This document shows positions 11,061 to 23,400 of a stretch of 64,000 nucleotides of DNA, piece after piece (position 1 is the stretch's first letter; every line of letters starts with the position of its first letter). The position numbers and the translations under genes are program-made. Origin of the DNA: Podarcis filfolensis (lineage: Eukaryota); the NCBI GenBank assembly GCA_964270895.1, contig OZ185438.1; one strand, given 5' to 3'. The notes below the pieces were generated by a model. The model ran no database searches. It was not told the DNA's origin and saw only the letters and a list, made by a program, of their open reading frames with translations.

Positions 11061-12320
11061 AAAACAAATATATGGCCCTGCCTTTGATGAATGTTCAGAA
11101 TTTAGAACTGGATAGAAGTCATAGCCATGCCTCCTAACTGTAATAGGGTAACAAGGACATAGTCAGTTACCTTTTTTCAGCAACTGCACTGGCTGCTTAT
11201 TAGCATCTGAAATACATTCAAGGTGCTAGTCCTAACTTACCAAGTTTGGGATGGAGGACACACGCTCAATATAAGCATTCCTCTCCTTTTAATATCAACA
11301 AAGGGTCTATTACCCATGCATAGTATCAAAAGGATGCAAAAGGGTCTTATTCAGGTGGCCAAAGTAGGGCTACAAGAACACAAGGCTTAGTCTTTGAATA
11401 AGCATACCAGATAAAACAGCAAGTAGCCCAGGCCATATAAAAGTTATTGACAGATAAACCAGTCACTGCTGCAAGCATAAGGCAATAAAATTAAGGTCTT
11501 AACCTGCCAGCTAAAATGTATAAAATGTAGTACAGGTGAACTTCTCTAGGGAGCAGATTCTGCTACAGAAAAGCCTCTTTCCTTGGTTGTTACCTGCCTC
11601 ACTCACACTTCTGAAATAGTTTAAAAACTTCCATGAATCGTGATCTGTTAAATTTACCATGATTATTTGGGGGCAGGAAATGAAGCAGGAAGATTCACTG
11701 CAATCGCCCCCCCCCCCGAGTTTTGTGCAAGCAAACAGTGCTTCATGGTTATCATCTTTGTCATCAAAAAAATATATTCTTGCAATTCATATTCAGTTGT
11801 GATTCAAAATTTGGCACATAATAGATTCAGCACGTAGTGTTGACATCTGTCCATCGCAGCAAAGCTATTTTCTCTAAAGTGACCTAGGTGCAAGGAATAA
11901 AGTTGGGGAAGGTAGATATTTTGTAGTTGCTCTTTGGTCACACCAATACTCAAGTTTGAGCATTTTCATCCCTTAATGTTATTATGAAAAGCATCCCTTG
12001 TTTCCCATCTATGTTGCTGTGGCAACTTGTGATTAGGTAGCAGCAGTTGATGGGTTTCAGGCTTTATCACTGCCGAATTCAGAGGCAACACTTCACCCTG
12101 CCAGTTTCTGCAGTGAGCTATGAAATATTCTCCTTCCTGTCCTTCCCACAGACTTTCTCATCACCAAGGCGACGGGTATCTACCCACACAATTGAGATCT
12201 GAGATCAGCAGCTTAAAGTGGCATTGTTCAGATTCTGGCACGCACACTCTGAATTCTGAATTATTTGCTGTGGTAGCACTGTGCTGTCTAAATGCGCTTC
12301 CTTTTTTATTTTAAAACAAT

Positions 12321-12546
12321 CAGGTTAGTGGTGTAGGGATTAGCGTGCTGGATTGGGACCTGGGAGACCAGAGTTCAAATCCACACTCATTTGTGAAGCT
12401 CACCAGGTGACCTTGGGCCAGTCACACTTCTCAGCCTAACTTAGCTCACAGGGTTTCTGGATAAAATAGGGAGGTGGGTATGTAGGCCACTTTCAGCTCC
12501 CTGGAGAATGAATGGGATATAGAGTAATAATAAATAAAATAATAAT
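12321..12546 (+). mobile_element. tRNA-headed CORE/MIR-like SINE
   Basis: Head GGTGTAG...GAGTTCAAATCC, core GGTGACCTTGGGCCAGTCAC...CTCAGCCTAAC, (AAT)-rich tail. Confidence 0.75.
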
Positions 12547-12947
12547 ATCTTATATTTAGATTTAACAGATACTTATATTGATGTAGCATATGGAAGGCAT
12601 TGTCTAATCAGTCCCAAACCTTCGGAGTTGAATAGCTGTCAGCATGGTGTATTTTAAAGGCCTTCAGGCAGGATTAGGAAACTTCTGATGCCAAACATGT
12701 TTTCAAGAAGCTAGTCTTTTGATTTAAGATTAAGATTAACTATATAGAGCTTGTACAGACTTCCTTTTGCATCGTGCTTTCTAGGCATAGGTCCATGCTT
12801 CAAAGCTCTGTGTCTTGAGTGTTTTTTGTTTGTTGCAGGAAAAACCTTCATTTTACCTCTGAATCGCAGTACGTGACTATCCACTGAAAACCCAATTGCT
12901 GTTTGCTCCAATTCAGCGTTGAAACACTGTTGTACCAGGGAAAGTGC

Positions 12948-12953
<6 letters not shown>

Positions 12954-12987
<34 letters not shown>
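12954..12987. repeat. (AC)n microsatellite
   Basis: Direct reading. Confidence 0.95.
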
Positions 12988-12990
<3 letters not shown>

Positions 12991-15364
12991 TAGATACGGA
13001 ACTTTAAAGCCCAAAGGATGTCTAGATGAGCTTATCTCATGCACCTGTCAAATAGAGAGGGCTCTGGTTCTTGCCTATACTGGGCACCTAGCTTGCAGAA
13101 AGCACCAAATAGGCAGTTGATTAGAGAGAAGGTATCAGAGGAAGGAAAGTGGCACTTGAAATGGGGAAAATGGACCACAGAAGGTGCAAAATGATTGTTG
13201 TTAAGTGCCTGCAAACTTGCTAAGCCATGTGCAGAATTTTCATTACATCAATCATCATAGACTTCCCCCACAGTTTAAGATTGTACATGAAATGGAAGTG
13301 GCAAGAGGAGGCAGATCAAGCAGGGAAAGCTTGAGAGAAAGAACAAGGTTTTAGAAGGTTCAGGAGCCTCAGAATTACAATTATGAGAAGAATTGTGTTT
13401 ATAGACTAAAGCACAAAAGGTTCTTTTTTGCCACAATGAACAGATTTACAAAAATAAGAATACAGTGGGTTCCCTAGTTTGTTTGTTTTGCTTTTCTGTT
13501 CCTTTGTTTATTTACTTGGTTATGCAACTAGAAGAGTTTCACATTAAAAAATAACAAACCCATTCTTGTTCACATATGGAAAGACTGAAACGATAGCAAA
13601 GCTGTTGGTTGTTTCTATCTTTAAGCAAAGCTGTAATGCACTAGAGATCTCATAGCATTTGCATCACTTGACTTCTGTAATAAGAGCCAGCGTCCTAATG
13701 AAATCCCTGTATAGTTCTGATTTTCTCTAATTACACTGGTGAGTGCAGCATATTATGTGTTTAGTACCCAGATGCTTTCCTAATAGGCTGAAATCAGAGT
13801 TTTCTTTCCAGTTTACACAGCAATAAAAGGACTGAAATCAGTGGCTTGTAGAATATTTAATATAGTCATGCTTATGTAAGAACACTAGCACAAATGTAAT
13901 TCTCATCAAAATCAGAAAGCAGTAACATTTTATCTGTTTGAAATTCTGTTGAATGGGTTCTGAATTTACTGATGCAAATAGAATGAACAAATACGAAACC
14001 ATCATTTTAACTGTGAGTTGTTGGCATTTGTCTGTCTCTGGGGGTGAAGTCAAACTGCTGTGTTAGCAGCACCAAAGTGACTTCCTTGGTCCATACCAAA
14101 GTGACCTACTGTGACTCAGTGGAGGCTGCTGCTTTCACTGTGTGTCCCTGAGACTGCCCTTGTTTCTTGTCTTGGCACTCTTTTCTGGCTCATAGGCAAA
14201 AGAGTCTTCCTTGCAGGTGGTAGATCTTGAACCTGTGTCCCAGGAGTGTTGCATATGTTCTGTGTAGCTCCCTATGCAGGTGCTGTGTTTTCTCCTTCCT
14301 CCCCTCTGTGTATTGTGTTCCTAAAACAGTGTTTGTTACAGGTAAAAATGGATTTGTACTACTCACCTTTCAAAGTCTGCTGGCCCTACCAGGGAATGTC
14401 TCACTAGGACTCATTGCTCTCCTTATCCTTTTCCCTCCAATATATATATATTTATATATAGACTGCCTCATACCAATACCACCTGTGTAGCCTGAGATAC
14501 CTGGTCCATCACAGTCCAAGAAACCGTATCAGCACATATGAGAAGTCATTACAAGGCTTTCAACCATTGACCCTGAGTCCTGCATCTCCACCCTCACATA
14601 GTGTCATTTGAGGCCTTCTGAAGCTAGATCAAACCAGGGTTTGAAATATTATTATGGGAACTGGTCCACATAATAAATTTGTTAGTATTTCATGTGACAC
14701 AAGATTCGTCATTGTTTCTGTCAGCATCTGATAGTATTTACCTTGATGCTCAAGACCAGCAATCCTAGCATCATTCTTGAAATACTTTGATTTCGTCATC
14801 TGACAAGGAATCAGTTGTTGCTCTAATAATTCTCTGCTGTGTTTGGCCCCTGAACAAAATAAACTTCAGAGAAGATGCATTGAATTGGTTCTAACAGGCG
14901 CTTATTTGACATATCCTGTTTCTGATTCTTGGATTCTTGGAGTTTTTGAAATAGCAAAAACATTAAGGGTGTGTCCACATTTCCAATTGTCCTGCACTTA
15001 TTAGAATTTGCATAGGATCAATAGTACTGATCTGAAAGCTTTCTATTTATACCCCGAACTTTATCGGAACAAATGCAGAACCTCTTAAAACCTGAATAGA
15101 AATTTGTTCCCCTTCCGATCTGATCCTTTTTTTAGCTCCTGAACTGAAAAATGTGCACTTTCCCTTGTGGTGCATTGTTTGGGTGGTCCTCTTTCACCTC
15201 CACCCCTTTTGTGTACCTCTGGTTCTCTGCCCCACGCTTTTTAAAAATGTATCTGCCTTTTGTGCTCATCACATTGCAATCGATTATATGTGTTTGCAAG
15301 TGAGCATGAAAGCAGCTTTCCTTTCCAGTGCCAATAGTAGACGTACCATTTGGGGCAACGCGGA

Positions 15365-15518
15365 GCCTGCGGGCACCCAAGCCATCGTGTCTCTCCCAGG
15401 AGAGACATATGGCTTGGGTGTGCTGCAGGCCCCATGGTGAGTGCCGCCCACCATTTTGTCACCCCCCTCAGTCGTGACACCGGAAGCAGCTCCCCACACC
15501 CCCCTTCCTCCGCCCCTG
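15365..15518. mobile_element. Partial GC-rich MITE with internal palindrome
   Basis: Right end CCTTCCTCCGCCCCTG looks like a hAT-like TIR; left TIR not found. Hairpin at 15374-15420. Confidence 0.5.
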
Positions 15519-15889
15519 ATGTGTGGCTCTGCTGTGATGCAGGGATGAAGAAAAGGGTGGGGACAAGGAAAAAAGTGGAACAGTGGAATGGACAGGATAT
15601 TACATGTTTCAAGGAATTCACAGTTGAAAAGATCAGTGTAAAATGCATCGGTGGAGACCCAGAACCCCAGACTAAACTTGAGGTGAGACAAATCTGCAAT
15701 GGATAAAACACAAACTTTTGTGAAGTGTGGATGGACCCTAAGGCAGGGAAATTGTTGCAATACAAATTTCAGAAGGGTAGCCATGTTTTTATGGTAGACT
15801 AATGCACTGTGACACAAGCTTTTATGAGCTAGACCCACTTTGCCACAGGCATGGTCACTTAATTGAGTACTTACAGTATGTGTATGTGT

Positions 15890-15890
15890 A

Positions 15891-15953
<63 letters not shown>
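15890..15953. repeat. Compound (AC)n(AG)n microsatellite
   Basis: Direct reading. Confidence 0.95.
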
Positions 15954-15956
<3 letters not shown>

Positions 15957-17299
15957 AGAAGTAAGGGAGCCAAATGTAATTTCCAAAGTACTGGAAAAAA
16001 GAGTGACAGGCAATGCAAGAGATGATAGCAGCAGGTGTATCAGCACCATGTACATATGAACACAGAATCTAGTCAGTCCTTTTCAGTTTAATGACCTACT
16101 TCTCTGATTAGTGCCAGGGTAATGATTGGCATAGCCAAATCAACAGGGATAATCAGTTTCCTTTTTTCCTGGGAGTTTGGTGACTTTGTCTGTTACAGAA
16201 TGTCCTAGAAAACTGAAATGCTTCCTATTAGTTCTCAAGTGTAACCAATCTGCACCTGTATAGGAATAGTTTTTTTTATCTATTTTTATTTTTATCACTT
16301 GTTGTTTGCAACCCTGGGCATAAATTTATGTCTGATTTTGTCTGCCTTTATTCTCTTGCATAAAGCATGATGTTTTGGCTTGTGTAAATGGTGAAAGGGA
16401 ATTATTGGCAGAGGACAGCATACATCAGGTTAGAAGATGTGCAGGTGAATAACCTCTTGGCGGAATGGCTGAAATTGTCAGGGCTCTAGATGGTGTTGCT
16501 AGAGTAGCAAGGGGACCAAAGTTGGCACCAGGGTTTGCTTAAAAGTTTTTCCCCTGATGGTTCATTGCTGTAGCTGCTTCAGATTGATGGGGCTGTGTGA
16601 AAGGACAGGCCTACACTGACCCTAGTGAGAAGAAAGGGCCATCTCCTAGGATAGATTGCAGATCTTTGATAACACATTGGAAAAGTTTTTATTTGGAACC
16701 TGAAGGTGACACAATTAACCAATATAAAATTGGCACCCTAAGCATTCTTATATTTTGCAAAAAGAACGGAATGCCTGGAATCCTTTTCTCTATTGAAGGC
16801 TTTTCTTTGATACCTATATTTAATATAAATCAGGAAATTTGAAATGAGATGGAAGTACACTGGGCTCTTAATATAATAGCAAAGTTGTTTTGAGGCTTTA
16901 GAGTTCATTTGTTTTACAGATAACGCTGAGAACTGCAGATGATTTGCCAAGCATATAAGAATTGTGATCTGCTTCACATGACACAGTAAGCCAAACTATG
17001 GCTTTCCAGGATTGCACAAATGTGCAAACTCCCAGAGTGAAGACTCACAGCTACTTTGCTCCTCTGCGGCTTTTATCGTTAATGAGGAGCAAACTTAAAT
17101 CACAAGCTAAGTCAAACCTTTCCCACTGGTTTCACAAGAGGGACATGATAATAATTTTGTACAGTTAGGAATCGTGTGAATATAGTGAATAGAGAGACAT
17201 AGGGTTGGATCTGGGCTTAGGCTGAATTTCTCTAACCCGATTTGCTTAGGAGTAAGTAAAAGCTCTAAATTCTGGTTAGACTTAACCAAAAGGTGCTTG

Positions 17300-17425
17300 T
17301 TTTTATTTTTTTTATTTTATTGAATTTATATACTGCCCTATGCCCGGAGATCTTAGGGCAGTTCACAGAACTAAATAAAAATATGAAACCACAAAATATA
17401 TAATCAAAATAAAAGCAACAACACA
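17300..17425 (-). mobile_element. L2-type LINE 3' tail
   Basis: TTTATATACTGCCCTAT...AGGGCAGTTCACAG is the reverse complement of the tail seen at 10415. Confidence 0.6.
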
Positions 17426-20400
17426 ATAACCCCCCCCCCCTTATGGCTCAACAGCCATGGTCTGTCCATCGTAACTGGCATTTTAACTTATTAATTAATC
17501 AAAATTAAAAGGGAAATCAGATTATTGTAACCACAATCGACAGTAACCTAATTTTTTGTTAATTAGATACAAACCCTACCTTATCAGGGAGGCAGGTTGT
17601 GGGTAGGCTCTATGTATATATGAGCTCCCATATCTGTCGATTAAAGTACAGTCATATACATGTGGATGGATAGATAGATGCATCTTATATACGTATATGA
17701 ATGTATGTGTGTTTCTAGAATGTACTTAGTGTTCCTTTAAATTTTTACATAAGCGTGCCAACTCAACCAGGCATAGGACTCATCAAGTGTGAAGATTTTT
17801 TAAACATTCATGTTGATTTTAATTAGAACAATCATACTGGATATGCTGCTGAAGGTGTAAACATAAACAAGACTTCAATTTTCAGTATCATTTTTTTATT
17901 ACAGAAATTAATAGGTGTGTGTGTTTTTTTAAAACAAAAACACAAACATGTTGAGAAGGTTAGGTTTTTCAGTCTAAATCAATGTTTCTCATTTTCTTAG
18001 TACGTAATTTTTGTAATGCACATTAAATAGGAAAATCCTAGTTTATAATTAGATTAAAACTAAATATATGTTGCTTATCATTTTTGTTTAGTTTTATTTT
18101 ATAATTACTGTCACCATTTTAATTTAAATTGAAAAAATCTAGAACTGCATCCTACTAATTTTCTTTCTTTCATCAGAGACCAAGACTTCTAAAGTCTGAT
18201 ACCAGAATAAGTACTATGGGTTTTTTTTTCTTGCGCATGTGTGCATGCAAATAAAAAAAGAGCACTGTGGAGCTAACATCATATGAAAATCTTGCCATAT
18301 ATGCTTTCTCTCTTTATCAAGATTGCATGATTGTATTACTAATGCAATTCTAATATGATATAGTAATAACAGCCCATCACAGTTCTTTCACCATATTGTA
18401 TCACTGCTTTATCATATTAGGCTAAAGCACTGCGAGAGTTGATAGAACCTCCCCATGCCAACTCGGATCCACTTCTCTTGGCACTGAACCGATTGGACTC
18501 AGAGATTGATAAACTATTGGTTAGAGAATTTAGATCGGAGAGAATTGGCACGACGGAGACTCATCTTCAGCCTCTTGCAAGCAACCTCTAATGTCCTGCA
18601 TTCTGAAAGCCAATCAATTCTTCTTGAATAACTGATGTTTTTAAGAAAGAACTGACTTTAAAACATAGACAACCAAATGCCTGGGTAAGGGGCCTCCAGG
18701 AAAGTCTTACAAAGGGCAAACCTCTTGCCAGATCTATTGCTTTTATTTTGAAGAATGCATCCTTTCTACAGAGGGATTAGGCACAATATCAGACCCAGGC
18801 TACATGGAATACAGTTGCAGAAAATACTGCTCACCAACTTGGGAGAAACAGAAGGGGGAAAGGTTGATGGCAGGGGAAGGGCTATGGTGATACTCAGGTG
18901 TGTTCTGCAGTCTTCAAGGAAGGAAAGAGGGATCAGCTGTGGTAACTATAAAATCATATTTTGAAAATATTTTGAAAACTTCAGTTACTTCCATTCATCC
19001 AAAGTGGCAAAAGCTAATACCATTCTTAGTGTATTTCACAGTAGTGAAGGAAGATAACTTGCTGTATAATACTCATTCAATGTATTCTGTCAAGTCCAAG
19101 TGTGCACAGACTGTTGCAAGACCTAAAGCCGAATTCTAACTGTGTTTACTTAGGAGCAAATCCTATTAATTTCAGTGGGATTTAGGCTCAAACTACACAT
19201 GATGGTAGCAGAACCATTTATTTAAATCCACATCTCTACCAAAAATGTCCACAAAGGATGTGAACAGATTCCTTTTTAAAAGCAAAGGTTGTATGCCTTT
19301 GGGGACTGGTGACCCTTTCCTCCATGTGCTGTATCTTCCTGCAGTTTGTCCCACAGGACATTTTATTCTAAGCTGAGCTCCAATTCCAGAAGTGAGCTCA
19401 ATGTGGAGAAGAAAAGGACTGGGGAGAGGCTTTAAGGTGGTTATTAGCAGTGTACATGTGGAAGGTTCAGTTGGCCTAAAAATCACATCCCTACTCCACA
19501 CTTAATATGTAATTGAAGCAGACCTGGGTTTAAATACTGTCATGTGTAGCTTAATCCTTGTTTTCAAGTAAGTGTGCTTAGGATTGCAACAGAGTTTGTT
19601 AAGCAGTTTATAATGATTTATCTGATGGTGCACAAATACTGATTTTATGACAGTTAATATAATGCCTCACTTTGGTGTGTTTCAAACTGCAGATAGAAAT
19701 CTTCAATTTCTCCTTACCTTCTAGGATTTAAATGTGAGTGATGTTGCCTTGCAGCATAGACATAAGGTATTCTCTGTAAATCCTTCAGGATCCCTAGGAG
19801 GCAATTTGGAGGGGCCAAGATTTCGATGGAATGTCTCCCTAAGTAGATTCAGATATTGTCTATCATTATGTTTTGGGTCTCCTATGGATCATTTTTTGCC
19901 TGTATCTCTGTGATTGGATGTGGATTTTCTTTCTATTTTTGGCTAAGGGTGTACTGTAATGTCAATGCTAAATTCTTGATATTTCATACTAATTATGGAG
20001 AGAGAATTTTAAGATGTATTTTGAAATGTTTTATTTCTGTCAGGTCCATGTATGGTATTGCATTATGTTAATACCAATAAAATATATAGAGTTATTTATA
20101 TACAAATGCATATATTTCCCTTTTTATAAAGGTGTTGCAATTTTTTCATAAGGAAATAATACACAGCAGCTGCTTGACAGCAGTAAGAAAACTCTAGAAG
20201 CTTTAATATGCTTGAATAATAATAATAATAAAACCTGTATTCTGTAGGCAGACCAGTAGAAAATGCATGTAATTTTTAAACAAGGTTATTTGACCTGGCA
20301 TAGGTCTGTCAAGATTTGACTATAAATTCAGCTTCCACTATTTTTATGAGCACAGATCTAATGTTCTTGTTTTATCAAAATATGTTGATTATTAGCTGAT

Positions 20401-23400
20401 GTTTAGAAAGTAAAACAATAATCTTTGGACACACTTCATTCAAATATAATCACTTTAGTCCTGCTGATTACATAAGGGAGTTAAGTGCAGGCCTAAGTCC
20501 CATTGAAATCAATGGGGTTTGAAGTGCTTAACTTTGACTGGATTTAGCTGTTTATGGGCTGTTGTGTGGGTTGACTAAAGATACAATCTCCCTGTGTTTT
20601 TTAAATTAATCATATGTTCTAAGAAATTTGCTGTAATTCACTGCTGTTTTGATGCTCAGCAAAAGCAGCCTTCAGTTTTTTTTATAGAGGGTCTATTTTT
20701 TAGGGTTAATAAACTACTACTTAGTGCATAAAGATTTGCAAGCCGGAAGATTTATCACTCAAGCCTAGCTGGATTGGCTTGAAACCTTTACAGTTTATCA
20801 TTAAATTCTGTAATTAGACAGAAATGAAATGTTTTAGAAATGAATCAGGGAGCTAAAAGCTGAGATTAGAATTTAAAGTATCTTCCATTATCAGTTTTCA
20901 GTGATGGCTCATATGTAACACTTCGCCTAAGGCTGAAAGGAGCTGATATTCTGGCACCATTGTGCATTCAAATTTCAGCATGGACGTTTCTGTCCTAAAA
21001 TAGTGTATTGAATGACCATTTCCATTTTGCAGGGATATTCATGGCAGCAGTTAGCTGTCCAAGACATTAATTGCACATATCTTTGTAAAGCTTCTCTGTA
21101 CTACTAAAAATAAAGTTTGTAAAATTCCAGTTATTTTTTTCTTAATGCAAACAGGGTTTTTTTAACAAAGGAAAAAAGAGGTGAATTGCTTTCTACTTTC
21201 TTCCTTGGAGACAGATGTTTCAGTGGTTCTGCTTTGCCGTTTTTTCTTAAGGCCTTTTCTTGTGATGAACCTGGACATTCACCGAATGATTCAGAATGGG
21301 CATATTTCTTTATTGCTTTCTCATACCATTTCTGATGTTACAAACTCAAGTTATAAGTATGCTGAGGATTTTTTTTTGCAAGGGTTATACCTCACTATGA
21401 AAAGCAACAGGAAGGGCTATGCACACAATATATTCAGCATATCACTCAAGTTATTCCTGTGGAAATAACCCACTAAACGCATTGATGCAAAGCAGCATGC
21501 GGCACATTTGGTTTCATTGTAAAGCAATGAACTTGGTTGGTTATCAGTAGCTATTGCCCTCAGTAAAAGTGTGCCCTGCCTCTAAAAACAGATGCATAAT
21601 TCAAAACTACATGGAAGAGCATCATGCTGCGTTGATTGCTTTCAGATGGGACATCTATCTGCCATAAAGTAAGAAACCTATCTACCATGGTGGTAGTCCT
21701 GGAAGCATAACTGGGCCTGTGATGGCACTTGGAGAACTGTGTGGTGCTTAGTAATTTAACCCCTCTATAGAGTTCGCGAAGATATTGCACTATTGGGCTA
21801 TTCAGTGTAAAAGTACATAGATTAGGAGTGCACATTTGTTGGCCTCCTTACAGGGTGCTTTCATGGTTAAATCTATGTACTGTAGTTGCCATGGTGATAC
21901 AACTATTGCTGTGGATCACTTCTGATCCATGAACAGAAGGAGATTTTGTTCACAGAAAGAGAATTGCTCTGACGTTGAAAAGGCCCGTTCTGTGAGCGCA
22001 AGCTTTCTGTGATTACAGAACAAAACATTACGATCAAATATGGTATATATATTACATTTGTGATATGAGTAAAGATTGTGTGCTGAGCATACCTGTACTG
22101 TATTCATAGTTGAATACTTGTCCTAAAAACCTTGGCAGACAAGTGTTACTCAAATTTGACTTGACTAATGTAACCAGCCACCTCCACCATTTGTCATTTA
22201 ACCTTTAGTACAGCCTCATATACGATAACCACATTTCAAGCCACAGATATTTTACTAAAAGAACAATAATTATGTGTCGCTTGTTGTAGGCTTTTCCATA
22301 AGAACAAGATTCTCCCCTTCAAAACTGATTTCCCATAAGGTGATACAAAAAATGAAACAAAGCCCCAACCTATTAATTGCTTACCGTGGTTCTGATTCTA
22401 TCAGCATTAAGTATCAGAGTAGTATTGTATTACCTGATCCCAGAAATAATGGAAACTAAAAACTAATCTGCCATCGAAATGTGGTAGTGATTTTTTAAAA
22501 ATTACTTGAGTTATTTTCCCTACGACTGTAATTGCTTTGTTCACCACTGAAAAATACATGAAATAAACAAGCTGATCTATTTGTTGTATAGTGCTTAAAC
22601 CAAATGAGTTAGGGTAGGTTTATTAATGTTTGCCATTGCACATACATTATTTTGAAGCATATTTGTTTTCTGCTAATTTTCTGTTGATTTTATTTTTATT
22701 ATTTTTCTCTTTTCTTTGTACTTTCTGTCAATAGCTACCTCTTATGACCTTCAGGTAAGAAGCTTGCTTAGTTGTTTCTTTCCTTTGAAATGATGAAGGC
22801 TCAGTGTAGTGTCAATCAGACTGTGCCTCTCCATACTGAAAGCCTTTTATGATGCTTTAAAATGGTTGTTAACCAGGTCGTACCTCAAACCCTTCAACCA
22901 ATTGCACATGACATAATCTCAATTAAGGTAGCTTAAGGGACGGTTGTTCTAAAATGCAATAACTTACAATCTGATAAGCAAATATTATTCATTGCATCTT
23001 TCATCTTTTCTTCCTGAAATTGGAGAATATGATATATTCTTTATTATTTAATTCAAAATTGTTCAAGAAACTAAAATTCAAGGCCCAAACTGTATTGTGA
23101 AAGTTCCAGTTTTAAGACATGTTGGGATGGAACAAGCTCATTGGACACTGATTTCCACTTAGCAATGATTCCAGCATCCTTGTAAGTGGGAAAAGAACTA
23201 AAGGTCAGGGGGTTTGGGGGTGGTAATTTTTCTAGAAATGATTGATTATAATTGCAGTTCCTAAGACCCCAATCACTGAAGGTGGAAAGGGGTAAAGTGA
23301 AACATAAGGATATGAGGGATAGTTGGGGAAAGAGAAAAGGAGTCATTTACCCAGTCCAAGGGCGGCCAGCTATTGCAACCCAGCACAGCTGCTCAGATGC

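Noticed and set aside
13812-13875. Cryptic 64-nt exon
   Set aside because: Short pyrimidine tract, weak exonic donor side, frameshifting; no other support.
15241-16018. Long minus-strand ORFs (174 and 244 aa)
   Set aside because: They run through a MITE and a (CA)(GA) microsatellite, giving SLSL/CVCV runs; no domain signal.
18177-18210. 34-nt cassette version of the 18177 exon
   Set aside because: Donor TAA|GTACTA is poor, and the only open frame needs a phase-0 upstream donor that is not present.
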